Of a DNA stretch of 27,681 nucleotides, positions 16,172 through 26,501 are shown in pieces. The number at the start of each line of letters is the position of its first letter. Position 1 is the first letter of the stretch. The notes under the pieces were generated by a model, which searched no databases, had not been told where the DNA came from, and worked only from the letters and a program-made list of their open reading frames with translations. Source of the stretch: Armatimonadota bacterium (GTDB lineage: Bacteria; Armatimonadota; Zipacnadia; Zipacnadales; UBA5352); NCBI GenBank assembly GCA_034722055.1, contig JAYENL010000219.1, positions 1 to 27,681 on the forward strand. The letters run 5' to 3'. Both the position numbers and the translations under genes were made by a program.

Positions 16172-18529
16172 ATGCTTTGCCTGACGAGCAACAGGCACCG
16201 CCATTGTCACTCGCCTCCGCATGGCGCGGCCTCGCGGCCCATCAGCCGGGCCGGGCTCGCGATAGCACTGGCACTGGTGCTGCTCGGGCCGGGCTGCGTG
16301 TTCGCGCAGGATGAAGCCGACCTTCGGCCATTCACGCTGCAGTGGGACCTCGGCGATCCCCGGGACAGAGACGAGCTACGGGACCTGGTGACCGGCGGGC
16401 GCGAGGGGCGCGTGGACGATGGCGCTATCGTCCTGGGGGAGAAGCCCAGGGAGGGCGGCCGAGGCGTGCACATCGACCTCCGGCTCGAGCTCCCGGGGCC
16501 GCTGCGGGAGGGCGTTCTGAGCACCGCCGGCGCCTGGGCGGCTGGCCACGTGACCAGCATGCGGATACAGGTGGCCCGAGACGCCAAGAGCTGGTGGACC
16601 ATATGGGAGCATCCTCCCGGGGGCAAGAGCGTCGAGGCGTTCTCAGCCTCGCTGCCCCGGTTCCTGCACGGGCTCCGCTTCCTCCATCTGCGGATCCGGG
16701 CATGGGGCGTGCAGGCGCCGCAGGCGAAGGTGCACGGACCCATCGAGGTCGCCGGGCGCATCGGCGGCCGGGAGGTGCCCACAGTCGCCGGCTGGATCGA
16801 GCCGCACATCGGGGTCTACGCGCCTCTTTACAGTGAGGAGGGTCTGGAGTACATCTGCCAGCGCGGGGTGGCGCCGTGGAACTATGGCTACCCTGACAAG
16901 CGCGAGGATTACTACTTCGACGTTCCGGCCAGCCACGGCATCGCGGTCGGCTTCTACCACAGCTCCCCGCACATCGCCGACGAGGTGAAGCAGGCCGCCG
17001 ACTGCACCACGCTCGACGCCCCCAGCCGCAGTCCGGAGCGCTACAATGCCGACGTCAAGCCCGCAGGGGGGCCCTGCTACGGCCACGAGGCCCGCCTCCA
17101 GGCCTTCATCGACGAGTTCGTCCACCAGGACCTGCTGGGCCACAAGCACACCCCTGACCTGTGGCAGCCGCTGGATGAGAAGTCCATGGGCTGGTGCCAC
17201 GGGCACCGCGACCAGTTCATTCAGTTTCTGAAGGACCGCGGCCACGAGCCGGCGTTCTTCGGCGTGGACGCCTGGGAGGACCTGCGGATGCCCCTGCCCA
17301 GAGACCTGGAGGGTCCGGCCGCCAGGAGGCGCCTGCTGAGGATGTTCCAGCTCTGGCGGGAGGAGGCCTACGCGCACCTGCTGGAGGCCATCGGCGATGA
17401 GGTGAAGCGGCTGAAGCCGGAGGTGGACTATGTGGTCGGCGTGTTCTCGCCGCTGAGCCTCAACGACGGCTTCTACTCCATCATCCCCTGGGCGCAGGTC
17501 AGGGACATGGAGTGCGTCGATCTGGTGAGCGTGGACACCTACGTGTGGTGCGGGCACGACGCCGATCCGCGCTGGCTGGAGGAGATGCACGAGTTCCTGG
17601 CGGACGTGACGGGCAAGCCGCAGCTCCCCATGAAGATCATGTGGACGCTGATGCGGGAGTGGGTGCTCCGGCTGGCGCTGACTACCACGCTGGTGAAGAA
17701 CGATGACGTCAACGGCGCCCTCTACTTCAATCGCGACATCCCCTACCACTACGTCATCAATCCGCGGGAGGACTACCTGGAGGAGCGCCTGTGGGGCGTC
17801 ATCGACAGCACGGTGGCGAAGATCAAGCTGGCCTACCGGTGGCTGAAATGCGCGCCCGAGGTGCATCGGGTGCTGGTGGTCGCCGAGGATCCCATCTGGC
17901 GCAACAGCCCGGTGCATCCGGCGGTCAATCCGCAGAACATCGGCGTTGTAGGGGAGAACCCCGCATTCCTGGCCGTCAACCGCATCGGCTACGACGCCGA
18001 CTTCTGCATCCCCAGGCAGGTGCCGGAGGTGGACCTGAGGCAGTATGATGTCGTGATCCTCGGGGCCCGGGTGGTGGGTGAGCCGGCGATCGAGACGCTG
18101 GCGAAGTGGGACGGGCAGGTCGTCCTGTGGGCCGACGCGGCCGGCTATGACGAGTGGCTTGAGGCGCGGGCGGAGGACTGGGCGCCGGAGGGGTGGCTCA
18201 GAGTGTCCTCCCAGGAGGAGCTCTCCGAGCCGCTTCGCGACCATGTAGACCTCCCGTATGTCCCGTGGCGGCTCGACAGCAGCGTCGATGTGGACTACCG
18301 GATGCTCGAGGACCGCCCGGTCTTCACCATCATCAACTACGGGCCCGCGCCGGCCGAGTTCGCGTTCGAGTACGAGACCCCGCTGAGGCTCGAACGGGCT
18401 CACTGCTCGCCCCGCGAGAAGGACGCCGTCTGCCGCCTGGATGTCTCGACGGTCAAGGGCCGGACCCACATCCAGGGCGACATCGACGCCCGAGACTTCG
18501 AGATACTGTTCTTCCGGCCTGCAGAATAG
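16172..18529 (+). CDS. Secreted divergent GH42-like glycoside hydrolase (N-terminal beta domain, TIM barrel, trimerisation-like domain)
   Basis: ATG 16172 after AGGTGG (start uncertain). Hydrophobic segment AGLAIALALVLLGPGCVFA-Q. PLDEKSMGWCHGHRDQFIQFLK, VDLVSVDTY and GYDADF..VDLRQYDVVILG..LAKWDGQVVLWADAAGYDEW resemble the GH42 architecture. Confidence 0.65.
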   Translation: MLCLTSNRHRHCHSPPHGAASRPISRAGLAIALALVLLGPGCVFAQDEADLRPFTLQWDLGDPRDRDELRDLVTGGREGRVDDGAIVLGEKPREGGRGVHIDLRLELPGPLREGVLSTAGAWAAGHVTSMRIQVARDAKSWWTIWEHPPGGKSVEAFSASLPRFLHGLRFLHLRIRAWGVQAPQAKVHGPIEVAGRIGGREVPTVAGWIEPHIGVYAPLYSEEGLEYICQRGVAPWNYGYPDKREDYYFDVPASHGIAVGFYHSSPHIADEVKQAADCTTLDAPSRSPERYNADVKPAGGPCYGHEARLQAFIDEFVHQDLLGHKHTPDLWQPLDEKSMGWCHGHRDQFIQFLKDRGHEPAFFGVDAWEDLRMPLPRDLEGPAARRRLLRMFQLWREEAYAHLLEAIGDEVKRLKPEVDYVVGVFSPLSLNDGFYSIIPWAQVRDMECVDLVSVDTYVWCGHDADPRWLEEMHEFLADVTGKPQLPMKIMWTLMREWVLRLALTTTLVKNDDVNGALYFNRDIPYHYVINPREDYLEERLWGVIDSTVAKIKLAYRWLKCAPEVHRVLVVAEDPIWRNSPVHPAVNPQNIGVVGENPAFLAVNRIGYDADFCIPRQVPEVDLRQYDVVILGARVVGEPAIETLAKWDGQVVLWADAAGYDEWLEARAEDWAPEGWLRVSSQEELSEPLRDHVDLPYVPWRLDSSVDVDYRMLEDRPVFTIINYGPAPAEFAFEYETPLRLERAHCSPREKDAVCRLDVSTVKGRTHIQGDIDARDFEILFFRPAE

Positions 18530-18579
18530 GCCCCACCTTCGTGAATCCCCGCGATCCCCTGACGAGAGGAGCGCTCACC

Positions 18580-20097
18580 ATGCTTCGCAGCCGGCATGCC
18601 CGCGTTATCACCGTGACGGCGCTCGTGCAGGTGCTCCTCGTCGCATCCCTGGTCGGCTGCATCGCGGCGGAGTGGGAGGTGTACCGCACTCACCCCTTCG
18701 TGGAGGCCACGGCCGACGAGCTGCCCGGTCACCTGCGAGAGCCGGCCCGCTCCGTCCGCATCGCCACGGTGCAGAACGACTGGGCCCACGCCGCGCTGGG
18801 CATCAAGCTCGATCCCGGCGCCGAGAGCGCCACGGTCACGGTCGGGCTGGACGCTGAGCCCGCTGTCGCCGAACACCTCCAGCTTCGCGTTGCCGGCTTC
18901 GTGAACCAGAAGAAGCTCGGGCACTCCATCGATCCCATCTTCGACAACCCCGGCAGCCTCGATCTGAAGCTCCAGAAGCACGTCCGCAACCTGGGCAACA
19001 TCCACGACTTCCCCACCGTCACGGTCACCCAGCGCGATCCGGTCCTGCTGTGGATCACCCTCGACACGCGCCACATGGCCCCCGGCCGCTACGCGGGCGA
19101 GGTGGTCTTCAGCGGGCGGGAGGGCGCAACGCGAAGCGTGCCGCTGCGCATTGAGGTCGGCGAGTACGAGCTCCCGGTCGAGAACCCGCTGTACACCTGG
19201 GGCTGGCAATATGGGCATGACTGGGTGGACGACTACTATGACTACGGCATCAACGTAGTGCACATCAACAAGGATATGGAGCGGGCCCGGGAGGTCGGAT
19301 ACAGGTTCTTCGCCATCCGCTTCAATCCCGCCTGGAAGAGCGCCGATCCGGCCGAGTTCGACCAGGACGACGCCCGCCAGCAGCTCGCCAAGATCCAGCA
19401 GATCGTGGCGGACCTGGAGCTCCGGCCTGAGGAGTGGGCGATCTACATGAAGGATGAGCCAAACGACAGGTCAGCCCCCGGCCAGGCGAAGTGGTGCGAG
19501 TGGATCCTGCAGCGGTGGCCGGAGGCCCGCTTCCTCTTGAACCCCGGCTGGGGCCCCGGGCCCACCAACGAGTGGGGCAGCATCGAGGGCACGGTCGAGC
19601 CGCTGGCTCCCTACGCGGACGTCTGGCTCCCCTACTCGCACTGGCTGTGGGACGACGCCGCGCCGCGCTCCGTGGAGCTCATGCGGGACAGCGCCGACAG
19701 CGTCTGGTTCTACGAGATCATGGGCTCCAGCTACGCCCGCAGACCGGGCGTCGGCCGCGGCCTGCACCGCAGGCTGGCGTGGACAGCGTGGCGCTACGAC
19801 CTGGAGGGCGCCTGCTGGTACTCGCTCAACGCCTACGTCACGAACATGTGGAGCGACAACAGCGAGACGGAGGAGTACGCCTGCACCTACGGGACCATCC
19901 CCGGCCGGGGCCTGGAGGCGGTCAGACAGGGCATCCAGGAGTACAAGCGGCTCTACGAGATGCGCCGGCTCGGCGTGCCCGAGGCGGAGACGGACGCCTT
20001 CTGCCAGCGGCTGTTCGATGCCGACAGCGTCATGGAGCTGACCCGCATCCGCCGCCAGATGGATCGTCGCCTGTTGCAGGCGGCGGAGGGCTCCTGA
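18580..20097 (+). CDS. Secreted or lipoprotein GH123/DUF4091-like putative glycoside hydrolase, 505 aa
   Basis: GAGAGGAG then ATG 18580. The signal contains a possible lipobox LVGC. Motifs LLWITLDTRHMAPGRYAGEV, WAIYMKDEP, ADVWLP, VWFY and GRGLEAVRQGIQEYKRLYEM. Confidence 0.7.
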   Translation: MLRSRHARVITVTALVQVLLVASLVGCIAAEWEVYRTHPFVEATADELPGHLREPARSVRIATVQNDWAHAALGIKLDPGAESATVTVGLDAEPAVAEHLQLRVAGFVNQKKLGHSIDPIFDNPGSLDLKLQKHVRNLGNIHDFPTVTVTQRDPVLLWITLDTRHMAPGRYAGEVVFSGREGATRSVPLRIEVGEYELPVENPLYTWGWQYGHDWVDDYYDYGINVVHINKDMERAREVGYRFFAIRFNPAWKSADPAEFDQDDARQQLAKIQQIVADLELRPEEWAIYMKDEPNDRSAPGQAKWCEWILQRWPEARFLLNPGWGPGPTNEWGSIEGTVEPLAPYADVWLPYSHWLWDDAAPRSVELMRDSADSVWFYEIMGSSYARRPGVGRGLHRRLAWTAWRYDLEGACWYSLNAYVTNMWSDNSETEEYACTYGTIPGRGLEAVRQGIQEYKRLYEMRRLGVPEAETDAFCQRLFDADSVMELTRIRRQMDRRLLQAAEGS

Positions 20098-20101
20098 CCG
20101 G

Positions 20102-21475
20102 CTACTCGCTCGGCGAAGACGCTGCCGTGGGGACCTTGAGGAAGTGGACGCTCACTCCCGTCCGCACGCTCCCGCCGGCGGGCGTGTCGGTGCAGGAGCC
20201 GATGACGAAGCCGTCGGCTGTCACCGTGCGGCAGCCCCCGATGGCGTAGAGATTCCCGAACTCCCGCGCACTGAGGGCGTAGTCGCGCCACGTGTCGCCA
20301 TTGTCGTAGCTGACGACGCACGCCAGCCTGCGCGAGGCGCTGAGGGCGGTGCCGACGCAGTACAGCGGACCGCCGGCTCGGTCGGCATCGGTGGCAAAGA
20401 AGCCGTCCAGCCGACAGATGCCGAGGGTCTCGCCCCCGAATCGCGGGTAGACATCGAGCTCCCGCTCCCCGCTCTGCAGGTCGTAGCGCACATAGTGCTC
20501 TCTCGGCTCCGGCGTCTGCGCCTCGTACAGGAAGTGGAGCTTGCCCTCCTTGGCGATGAAGCTCGACAGCCAGGTGTGGCACTCGAACTCGTCGTCAAGG
20601 GTGATGCGGTCCGCGGGGCCGGAATCATCGGCGACGATGGGCGGCTCCAGCGGCCTCCCGTTCAGCCTCTGCCAGCTCGCGCCCCCGTCCTGGGACTTCA
20701 TGACGTGGATGTCCCAGTAGAGGTAGACGCCGTGCTTCTGGGTCGTCCACGCCGCGAAGAGCGTGCCGTCGGGAGACATGTCGAGCAGCGGGTACTGCAG
20801 CACGGCGTTCGGCCCCGGCTGCAAGAGGCGCACCGAGGAGCGGACTTCCCCGTCCAGGCCGATGGCGTGGAAGGTGTTGTTGGCGCTGAAGTAGTAGAGC
20901 TGCCGGCGCCCGGGGTCGAGCGCCATGGCGAACTTCCCGTGGCTGCTTCCCGGGATCGTGGAGATCCTCGGCTCCGCGTAGTCATCGGCGGCCAGGAAGC
21001 GATACAGGTAAGAGTTCCCGTCGGCGAAGTCCGGCCGGACCAGGTAGATGGTGTCCTCCGCGTCCGTCTCCAGCACTGCGGGATTGGTGGCGTGCGTGTC
21101 CTCGTGGAGCGTCTGGAAGCTCCTCCCGCCGTCCCGGCTCCACAGCAGCCGCCATTGCTGGGCGGTGTAGGGGTCGTTGCGCCGCCGAATGTAGGTCATG
21201 AAGATGCCCCGGCGATTGCTGACCACCTTCTGGTTGTGGCTCTGGAAGGTGGCGTAGCCCGTGGCGTCGTCATCGACGCAGGTGGTCTGGATGGTTGGCA
21301 CCTGTGCTCTCTCCTCGGCGTCCGCCGCTGCGGCCCAGGCTGTGGCGACCATTATGCCCCCCGCGACGATCACGAGGGCGGCGATCCGGTGAAGCACGGG
21401 CTCCCACCACCACTTCGCCTGCACCCTTCGTACTCCCGCGACGGCGAGCTCTGAGTTGTGTGAAGCTGCATGCAC
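20102..21475 (-). CDS. Secreted BNR/Asp-box beta-propeller (sialidase-like fold) protein, 457 aa
   Basis: GTG 21475 preceded by GGGGAG. Hydrophobic segment IAALVIVAGGIMVATAWA. Three Asp-box motifs: SRDGGRSF, SQDGGASW and SYDNGDTW. Confidence 0.75.
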   Translation of the reverse strand: MHAASHNSELAVAGVRRVQAKWWWEPVLHRIAALVIVAGGIMVATAWAAAADAEERAQVPTIQTTCVDDDATGYATFQSHNQKVVSNRRGIFMTYIRRRNDPYTAQQWRLLWSRDGGRSFQTLHEDTHATNPAVLETDAEDTIYLVRPDFADGNSYLYRFLAADDYAEPRISTIPGSSHGKFAMALDPGRRQLYYFSANNTFHAIGLDGEVRSSVRLLQPGPNAVLQYPLLDMSPDGTLFAAWTTQKHGVYLYWDIHVMKSQDGGASWQRLNGRPLEPPIVADDSGPADRITLDDEFECHTWLSSFIAKEGKLHFLYEAQTPEPREHYVRYDLQSGERELDVYPRFGGETLGICRLDGFFATDADRAGGPLYCVGTALSASRRLACVVSYDNGDTWRDYALSAREFGNLYAIGGCRTVTADGFVIGSCTDTPAGGSVRTGVSVHFLKVPTAASSPSE

Positions 21476-21502
21476 GTCTGAGCACTCCCCTTCGCGATGC
21501 GG

Positions 21503-24500
21503 CTAGGGCTCGAACGTGGCCAGCGGCTCGTAGGCAGAGCCGACCCGCGGCTTCAGCGTGCCATCAAACTCGAGCAGCAGCAGCGTGTGCTCGTCGGCTC
21601 GCGGCTCCGTTGTGAGGTCGAAGCTCTCGCGGGCCACGTCTGACGTGCGCACGCAGTCGATGATCCCGTTGAGGAACGAGTTGCTGGTCCTGGGCGCGTT
21701 GGTGCCCAGTGTGATGCGGTCGTGGAGGGCCTGCGGCATCTCCTCGGCCGGACCGGTCCTGGCGGCGACCTCCTCGCCGTCCAGGAACAGCCTCGCCGCC
21801 ACCTCGTCCCCCCGCCTCTTCCAGGTAAAGGCCACATGATGCCACGCCGGCGTCTCCCAGGTCACCGGATGGGAGAAGCGCTCCACCGGTCCGCCGCCAT
21901 GCAGCGACTTGCGCGCGCCAACCTTCCCCGAGTCCCAGAAGTACACCTGGTAGCCGTCCTGGTACTTCTCGTCCCGGCTGTCGAAGAGGTAGTGGTAGCA
22001 GTGGTCCCGCTCCTGCTCGCGCTCGGCGGGGCTGTTCCAGTAGGGCTTGAACCACACCTCGATCGTCCCCTCATCGCGATTCAGGTTGCCCTGGCGCGGG
22101 TAGTGGATGGGCGGGCTGAGGCGCGTGACGATCAGGCCCTGGCCGAACTTCGCGTCCGCGAACATCGGCTCACCCTCGGGGATCAGCAGCCGGATGCGGC
22201 GGTCGCCGACCCCCTCCAGCCGGAAGGGGCCGGGATGGTCGCCCACCTCGGCGCTGATGGTATGTATCTCCGGCGCGATCGGCGGATTGCTCAGCGCAAG
22301 CTCCTCCCACCGCAGGTGCGGCAGCTCCTCGGTCGCCAGCACAGTCTCATCCTGGCTCACGATGCGAAGCTGCCCGGTGGCCTCCTCGGGGATGTCGCCC
22401 GCGAGGAAGAAGGTGACCGCCTTCGCACCCGTGCCGGGCTGAGCCGCCCTCAGCGGCGTCCACGTCTCCGCGCGCAGGTCGATGCTTCGGAGGTGCCTGC
22501 TCGGCGCGAGGGGCTGCAGGCCGGGGCCGGCCTCGTTGATGGCGTACAGCAGGTAGCCGGCGTAGGACTGCAGGAAGCTCCAGGTCGCGCCCCAGGGCGC
22601 CAGGCCGTCGATGCGCCGCTGTAGGCGGTCCAGCGCCGGCCGCAGGTACTCGGCGTTGCCGGTCCGGTTGTAGGCGAAGGCCGAGACCTCCCAGCTCGGC
22701 TGCCAGCCCTTTCCACCGGTGCCGTACCACCACGGCTCTGCGAGGTCGGCCTGGGCGATGCGCCTGCCGAACTCGACCGCCCGGGGGTCGCCGGTGAGCT
22801 GATGGTAGCCCGACAGCCACTCCGAGAACTCCGTCCCGCCGGGCACGAAGCCCTTCTCGTGCTGCTCGTCGAGCTTCGTCTGGAAGTGATTGCTGATGAA
22901 GGGCAGAATCCGCCCGTCGTGGGTGAGGTAGTAGAGCCTGATGGCCGTCTCCAGGCGCGTCGCGCCGCTCCTGCCGCCCCCGTCGCCGTGGTACATGCCC
23001 AGGAGCGTGTGGTAGATCTGCTCCGCGAGGTCCCGCGCCCTCGCGTTGCCGGTCAGGTAGTAGTGCAGCAGGATGTAGTCCACGTACCAGTTGTAGCCCA
23101 GGCGGGCGCCGCTGCTCCAGGGCACGTAGCCCTTGTAGTCGCAGACCGCCCCGGGGATCTTGCCGTAGTAGCCCTTCATGCGCATGCCCAGGTCCGCGTG
23201 GTGCGCCCAGCCCACATCCACCGAGTGGTTCGTGTGCGCGCGGGCGAACTGTAGGTACTTGGGGTCGCCGGTGCGGGCGAACATCATCCACGGCGCCTCC
23301 GCCGCCTCGTTGTGCGTGTTCATGAACACGCGCCACAGATTCCACCGCTCCGCGCTGGCGTTGTACTGCTGGTTCAGCCTGCCCCAGTTCCACTTGCCCA
23401 GCGAAATCTCCGCCAGCCGCTCCGACTGCCGGTCGAAGCCCTCCTCCAGCGCCCGCTCCGCCTCGGGCACGACCGGGTGCCTCTCAGCCGCCCCCTCCGG
23501 CAGCATGGGCATCGGGCCCAGCGCCTCCGTGCCGCACATCCACTCCGCCGACGCCGACACGTGCGGGTAGGCCAGAAAGGCCCGCGCCTTCGCCATCGGG
23601 TCACCGTCCTCCGGCCCGCCGAAGGCCAGCGCGAAGCTGTGGGTGCGCGCCAGCCCCATGGCGTTGGCGTTCCAGATGCCCGACCACATGTACCCCTGAC
23701 ACTTGCTGCCCTGGGTGTCGGCGACGGACTGGTACTCGCGGGGGATGTTGAAGTCCAGCAGCGGGCCCTGATGGGGGAAGGGCAGGTGGATGATGCGGTC
23801 GATGTCCACCTCCCCGGCCGGCCATCGCTCCGGGACACCCTCCGGCCACATCAGCAGCGACAGGAAGCCGTCCCCGTCGCGCCCCAGGCCCAGCGGGCAG
23901 AGCTCGCGGAACCGGCGCACCCCGACCGCACACCCCAGACGGTCCCCCGCAACATGGAAGAGCCCGTCCAGCGCCTCGCCGCTGTGGAGCAGCTCTGAGC
24001 CGCCGCGGACCTCGTACCTGTCCCCGAAGAGCTGCGTCGCCTCCACCGGCGCCCGCTGACCGAGGTCGATCATCTCCCCTGCCGCGCTCGCCTGCAGGCC
24101 CGCGCCGGGAAGCCCTACGCCGAGGTCCAGCCCCATCGCCCGCAGCCGGTAGAGCCGCATATCGGTGGTGAAGATGAACGTCGGGTCCACTCTCAGCAGC
24201 CGCTCGCCAGCGTGCGCCGTGATCCTGAGCACGTAGCGCATCAGCTCCGTGCCGTCCTCCGCCCGACAGGAGCCGGTGGTCTTCAAAACGGCCCTCAGCG
24301 GCCCGGCCGCCTCCACCTCGGTCCGCGCCTCGCCATTGCGCGACGAGTAGCGCACACCTGCCTCATCCACCGCGTAGAGCTCCGCGGCCCGGGTCTCCAC
24401 CCGCTCACCGCCCACCTCCAGCATCTGCAGGCCAAGCTCGTCGGGCGCCAGCGCCAGCGTCAGCGGCCCGGTGCGGACCCGGATCTCGCCGCCGCTCTCC

Positions 24501-26275
24501 TCGAGCTCCAGCGCCGTCGGCCTCTCGCCTGCGCCCCGGTTGTGCTCAAGAAAGTAGGTGCGCCGCGGATCGTAGCGGAAGTTCAGGCGCACCCAGCGCA
24601 GGCTCCCGCCGCGGCTCCAGCGCCCCAGCGGGAGAATCTCGGCCTCCACCGTCCGGTCCGCGTCATCCACGAGCCTCAGGGCCTCGACGCTGCTGACCAG
24701 CCCGCGGCTTAGCGGCACGCCCGTGGTCACGGGGTATGGCCCGCTGAGCTCACCCAGCGATGTGTCAGTAAGCTCGATCCGTCCGGGCTCGGCGGTCGCG
24801 GCCGGAGGTTCGGTGATCTGTATCGCACGCATCTCCCGCGCGATCGCCTGGCCGTCCTCGAGCAGCACCGCACTCAGCTCGTAGGTCCCCGGGGCGGGAT
24901 CGAGCGGGTGCAGCGGGATGGCCACGTCCACGATGGGCTCATCGGGGCTCTCCAGCGTCTGCGCGGCCACCGGCCCCGCAGGGCCCTCCAGGGAGATGCG
25001 CAGGCTCTTCGTCTGGAGTGCGGAGCCGGTCGCGCCGACCTCCACGCAGGCCTCGATGCTCTCGGGCGGCGACGCTCGCCAGTTGCGCCGGTGCAGCAGC
25101 AGCGGCGGCGCGACCTCACAGTGCACCTCGCGGACGTCGATCTCGGTCTCTCTCTCGGACAGCGTGACGGTGGTGTCGAAGGCCCCCGGCGGCGCAGCAT
25201 ACTCCCATGCGATCTGATTCAGCCCGCGCCGAAGCACCGCCCGCTCCCGATGAGCCTCGCGCTGCTCGCCGCCGGCAGTCAGGCGATGCGCGAGCGTGAT
25301 CTCAGTGCCGTCAGTCGGGCTGTAGATGACCGCCCGGGCCTGCTGGTCGCCGGCGGGGATGAGCGCCCCGCCGCCCGCCGGCATCTCCCCCAGCGAGAGG
25401 CCGACGATCCTCGGGCCGCCCGCGCCATCGCCCAGCACCACCCGCCGCAGCAGCGACTTCGCCAGGAAGGTGCCGGTCCAGGAGGAGGCCCGCACCGGGA
25501 TGCCGTTGCGGGGGTCGCCGGTGACGCGGGCAAGGGTGAGCAGCCACCGTAGCTGTGCGGGATCATCCTCGCCCGCCAGCGTCGCCAGCGGGATCCGGGC
25601 CTCCAGCGTCCATCGGCCGCCCTCGCGCCGGACACGCGGCTCGATGCCGCTCGACCACTCCTCATCCGGCGGACGCCACGTGGCCGGGATGTGCGCGTCC
25701 ACGACCCGCCCCTGCCAGTCAACGAAGATGTAGTACTCCGCGCGCCACGCCGTCAGATGCCCGCGCTCCTCGTAGGTGAACGGCTTCCCCCGGTCGAGGA
25801 TGAGGCCGATGAACTCGGTATTGTCGAACTCGCCGGGGCTGGGCCACACGCCGTAGGTCGGGTCCGCCTGCTTGCCCTCGGGCATGGCCGCCTCGGCGCC
25901 GAGGTAGAGGAACTCATCATCGTGCAGCAGAGAGCAGGTCGTCGGGTAGCGGGCCCGTTCCCACTCCCGATCCGCCAGCAGCGGCTCGGAGATGGGCCCC
26001 TCGGCCTCCTGGTGCCTGATGAAGTCGGACGCCAGCAGCGCGTCCTGCCAGCCTGCCTCATCCAGGCGCCCGTCCAGCTCGATCGGTCCCGAGGCGGGGA
26101 TCGTCCCGGGGTACTTGACGACGTGCCGGTTGGTGGGGCGCTCCCTGAAGGTCACCTCCACACCGTCCGCATTCGCCATCGCCAAAGCCGAGACGACGGC
26201 CAGCGGAAGCACCACCGCCACGAGAGACAGATGAGATGGCAGCAGGCGCAGTTGCTCCGACCAGGGGACATGCAC
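21503..26275 (-). CDS. Large secreted multidomain protein: CBM9/DOMON-like + PcRGLX/YetA-like (exo-rhamnogalacturonan lyase-like) + C-terminal LamG/ConA-like domain
   Basis: Open frame of ~1590 aa. GTG 26275 has GAGGA upstream (alternative TTG 26293). PIELDGRLDEAGWQDA..LLHDDEFLYLG..WTLEARIPL is CBM9-like. PVTTGVPLSRG..LRLVD..RWSRGGSLRWV and EVEAAGPLRAVL match YetA/PcRGLX beta domains. MFARTGDPKY and HYYLTGNARA fit an alpha toroid. EGTIEVWFKP..WHHVAFTW..LFLDG..LNGIIDCVRTSDVAR is LamG-like. Confidence 0.8.
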   Translation of the reverse strand: MHVPWSEQLRLLPSHLSLVAVVLPLAVVSALAMANADGVEVTFRERPTNRHVVKYPGTIPASGPIELDGRLDEAGWQDALLASDFIRHQEAEGPISEPLLADREWERARYPTTCSLLHDDEFLYLGAEAAMPEGKQADPTYGVWPSPGEFDNTEFIGLILDRGKPFTYEERGHLTAWRAEYYIFVDWQGRVVDAHIPATWRPPDEEWSSGIEPRVRREGGRWTLEARIPLATLAGEDDPAQLRWLLTLARVTGDPRNGIPVRASSWTGTFLAKSLLRRVVLGDGAGGPRIVGLSLGEMPAGGGALIPAGDQQARAVIYSPTDGTEITLAHRLTAGGEQREAHRERAVLRRGLNQIAWEYAAPPGAFDTTVTLSERETEIDVREVHCEVAPPLLLHRRNWRASPPESIEACVEVGATGSALQTKSLRISLEGPAGPVAAQTLESPDEPIVDVAIPLHPLDPAPGTYELSAVLLEDGQAIAREMRAIQITEPPAATAEPGRIELTDTSLGELSGPYPVTTGVPLSRGLVSSVEALRLVDDADRTVEAEILPLGRWSRGGSLRWVRLNFRYDPRRTYFLEHNRGAGERPTALELEESGGEIRVRTGPLTLALAPDELGLQMLEVGGERVETRAAELYAVDEAGVRYSSRNGEARTEVEAAGPLRAVLKTTGSCRAEDGTELMRYVLRITAHAGERLLRVDPTFIFTTDMRLYRLRAMGLDLGVGLPGAGLQASAAGEMIDLGQRAPVEATQLFGDRYEVRGGSELLHSGEALDGLFHVAGDRLGCAVGVRRFRELCPLGLGRDGDGFLSLLMWPEGVPERWPAGEVDIDRIIHLPFPHQGPLLDFNIPREYQSVADTQGSKCQGYMWSGIWNANAMGLARTHSFALAFGGPEDGDPMAKARAFLAYPHVSASAEWMCGTEALGPMPMLPEGAAERHPVVPEAERALEEGFDRQSERLAEISLGKWNWGRLNQQYNASAERWNLWRVFMNTHNEAAEAPWMMFARTGDPKYLQFARAHTNHSVDVGWAHHADLGMRMKGYYGKIPGAVCDYKGYVPWSSGARLGYNWYVDYILLHYYLTGNARARDLAEQIYHTLLGMYHGDGGGRSGATRLETAIRLYYLTHDGRILPFISNHFQTKLDEQHEKGFVPGGTEFSEWLSGYHQLTGDPRAVEFGRRIAQADLAEPWWYGTGGKGWQPSWEVSAFAYNRTGNAEYLRPALDRLQRRIDGLAPWGATWSFLQSYAGYLLYAINEAGPGLQPLAPSRHLRSIDLRAETWTPLRAAQPGTGAKAVTFFLAGDIPEEATGQLRIVSQDETVLATEELPHLRWEELALSNPPIAPEIHTISAEVGDHPGPFRLEGVGDRRIRLLIPEGEPMFADAKFGQGLIVTRLSPPIHYPRQGNLNRDEGTIEVWFKPYWNSPAEREQERDHCYHYLFDSRDEKYQDGYQVYFWDSGKVGARKSLHGGGPVERFSHPVTWETPAWHHVAFTWKRRGDEVAARLFLDGEEVAARTGPAEEMPQALHDRITLGTNAPRTSNSFLNGIIDCVRTSDVARESFDLTTEPRADEHTLLLLEFDGTLKPRVGSAYEPLATFEP

Positions 26276-26501
26276 GATGCCACATCCTCTCAACCGCCTG
26301 CGCGGCCCAACGGCGGTTGGATATGCGTCGGACTGCAGCGGCTCTGTGCAACACTACGGCCTCTCGGCGTCCTATTGGCGCGCGTCACATGCATCTCCTC
26401 CCTGCGCCTCGCCATTCGGGATAGGCCCGCACCCGGGGCGTTGGTCAGCCAGCCAGTCGCCAGGATTGAGCGGCGGCCGCACCTTATCCCGCATTATTCG
26501 C

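Noticed and set aside
20097..20102. Convergent genes separated by only 4 bp with no terminator
   Set aside because: Common in compact high-GC genomes and not informative on its own.
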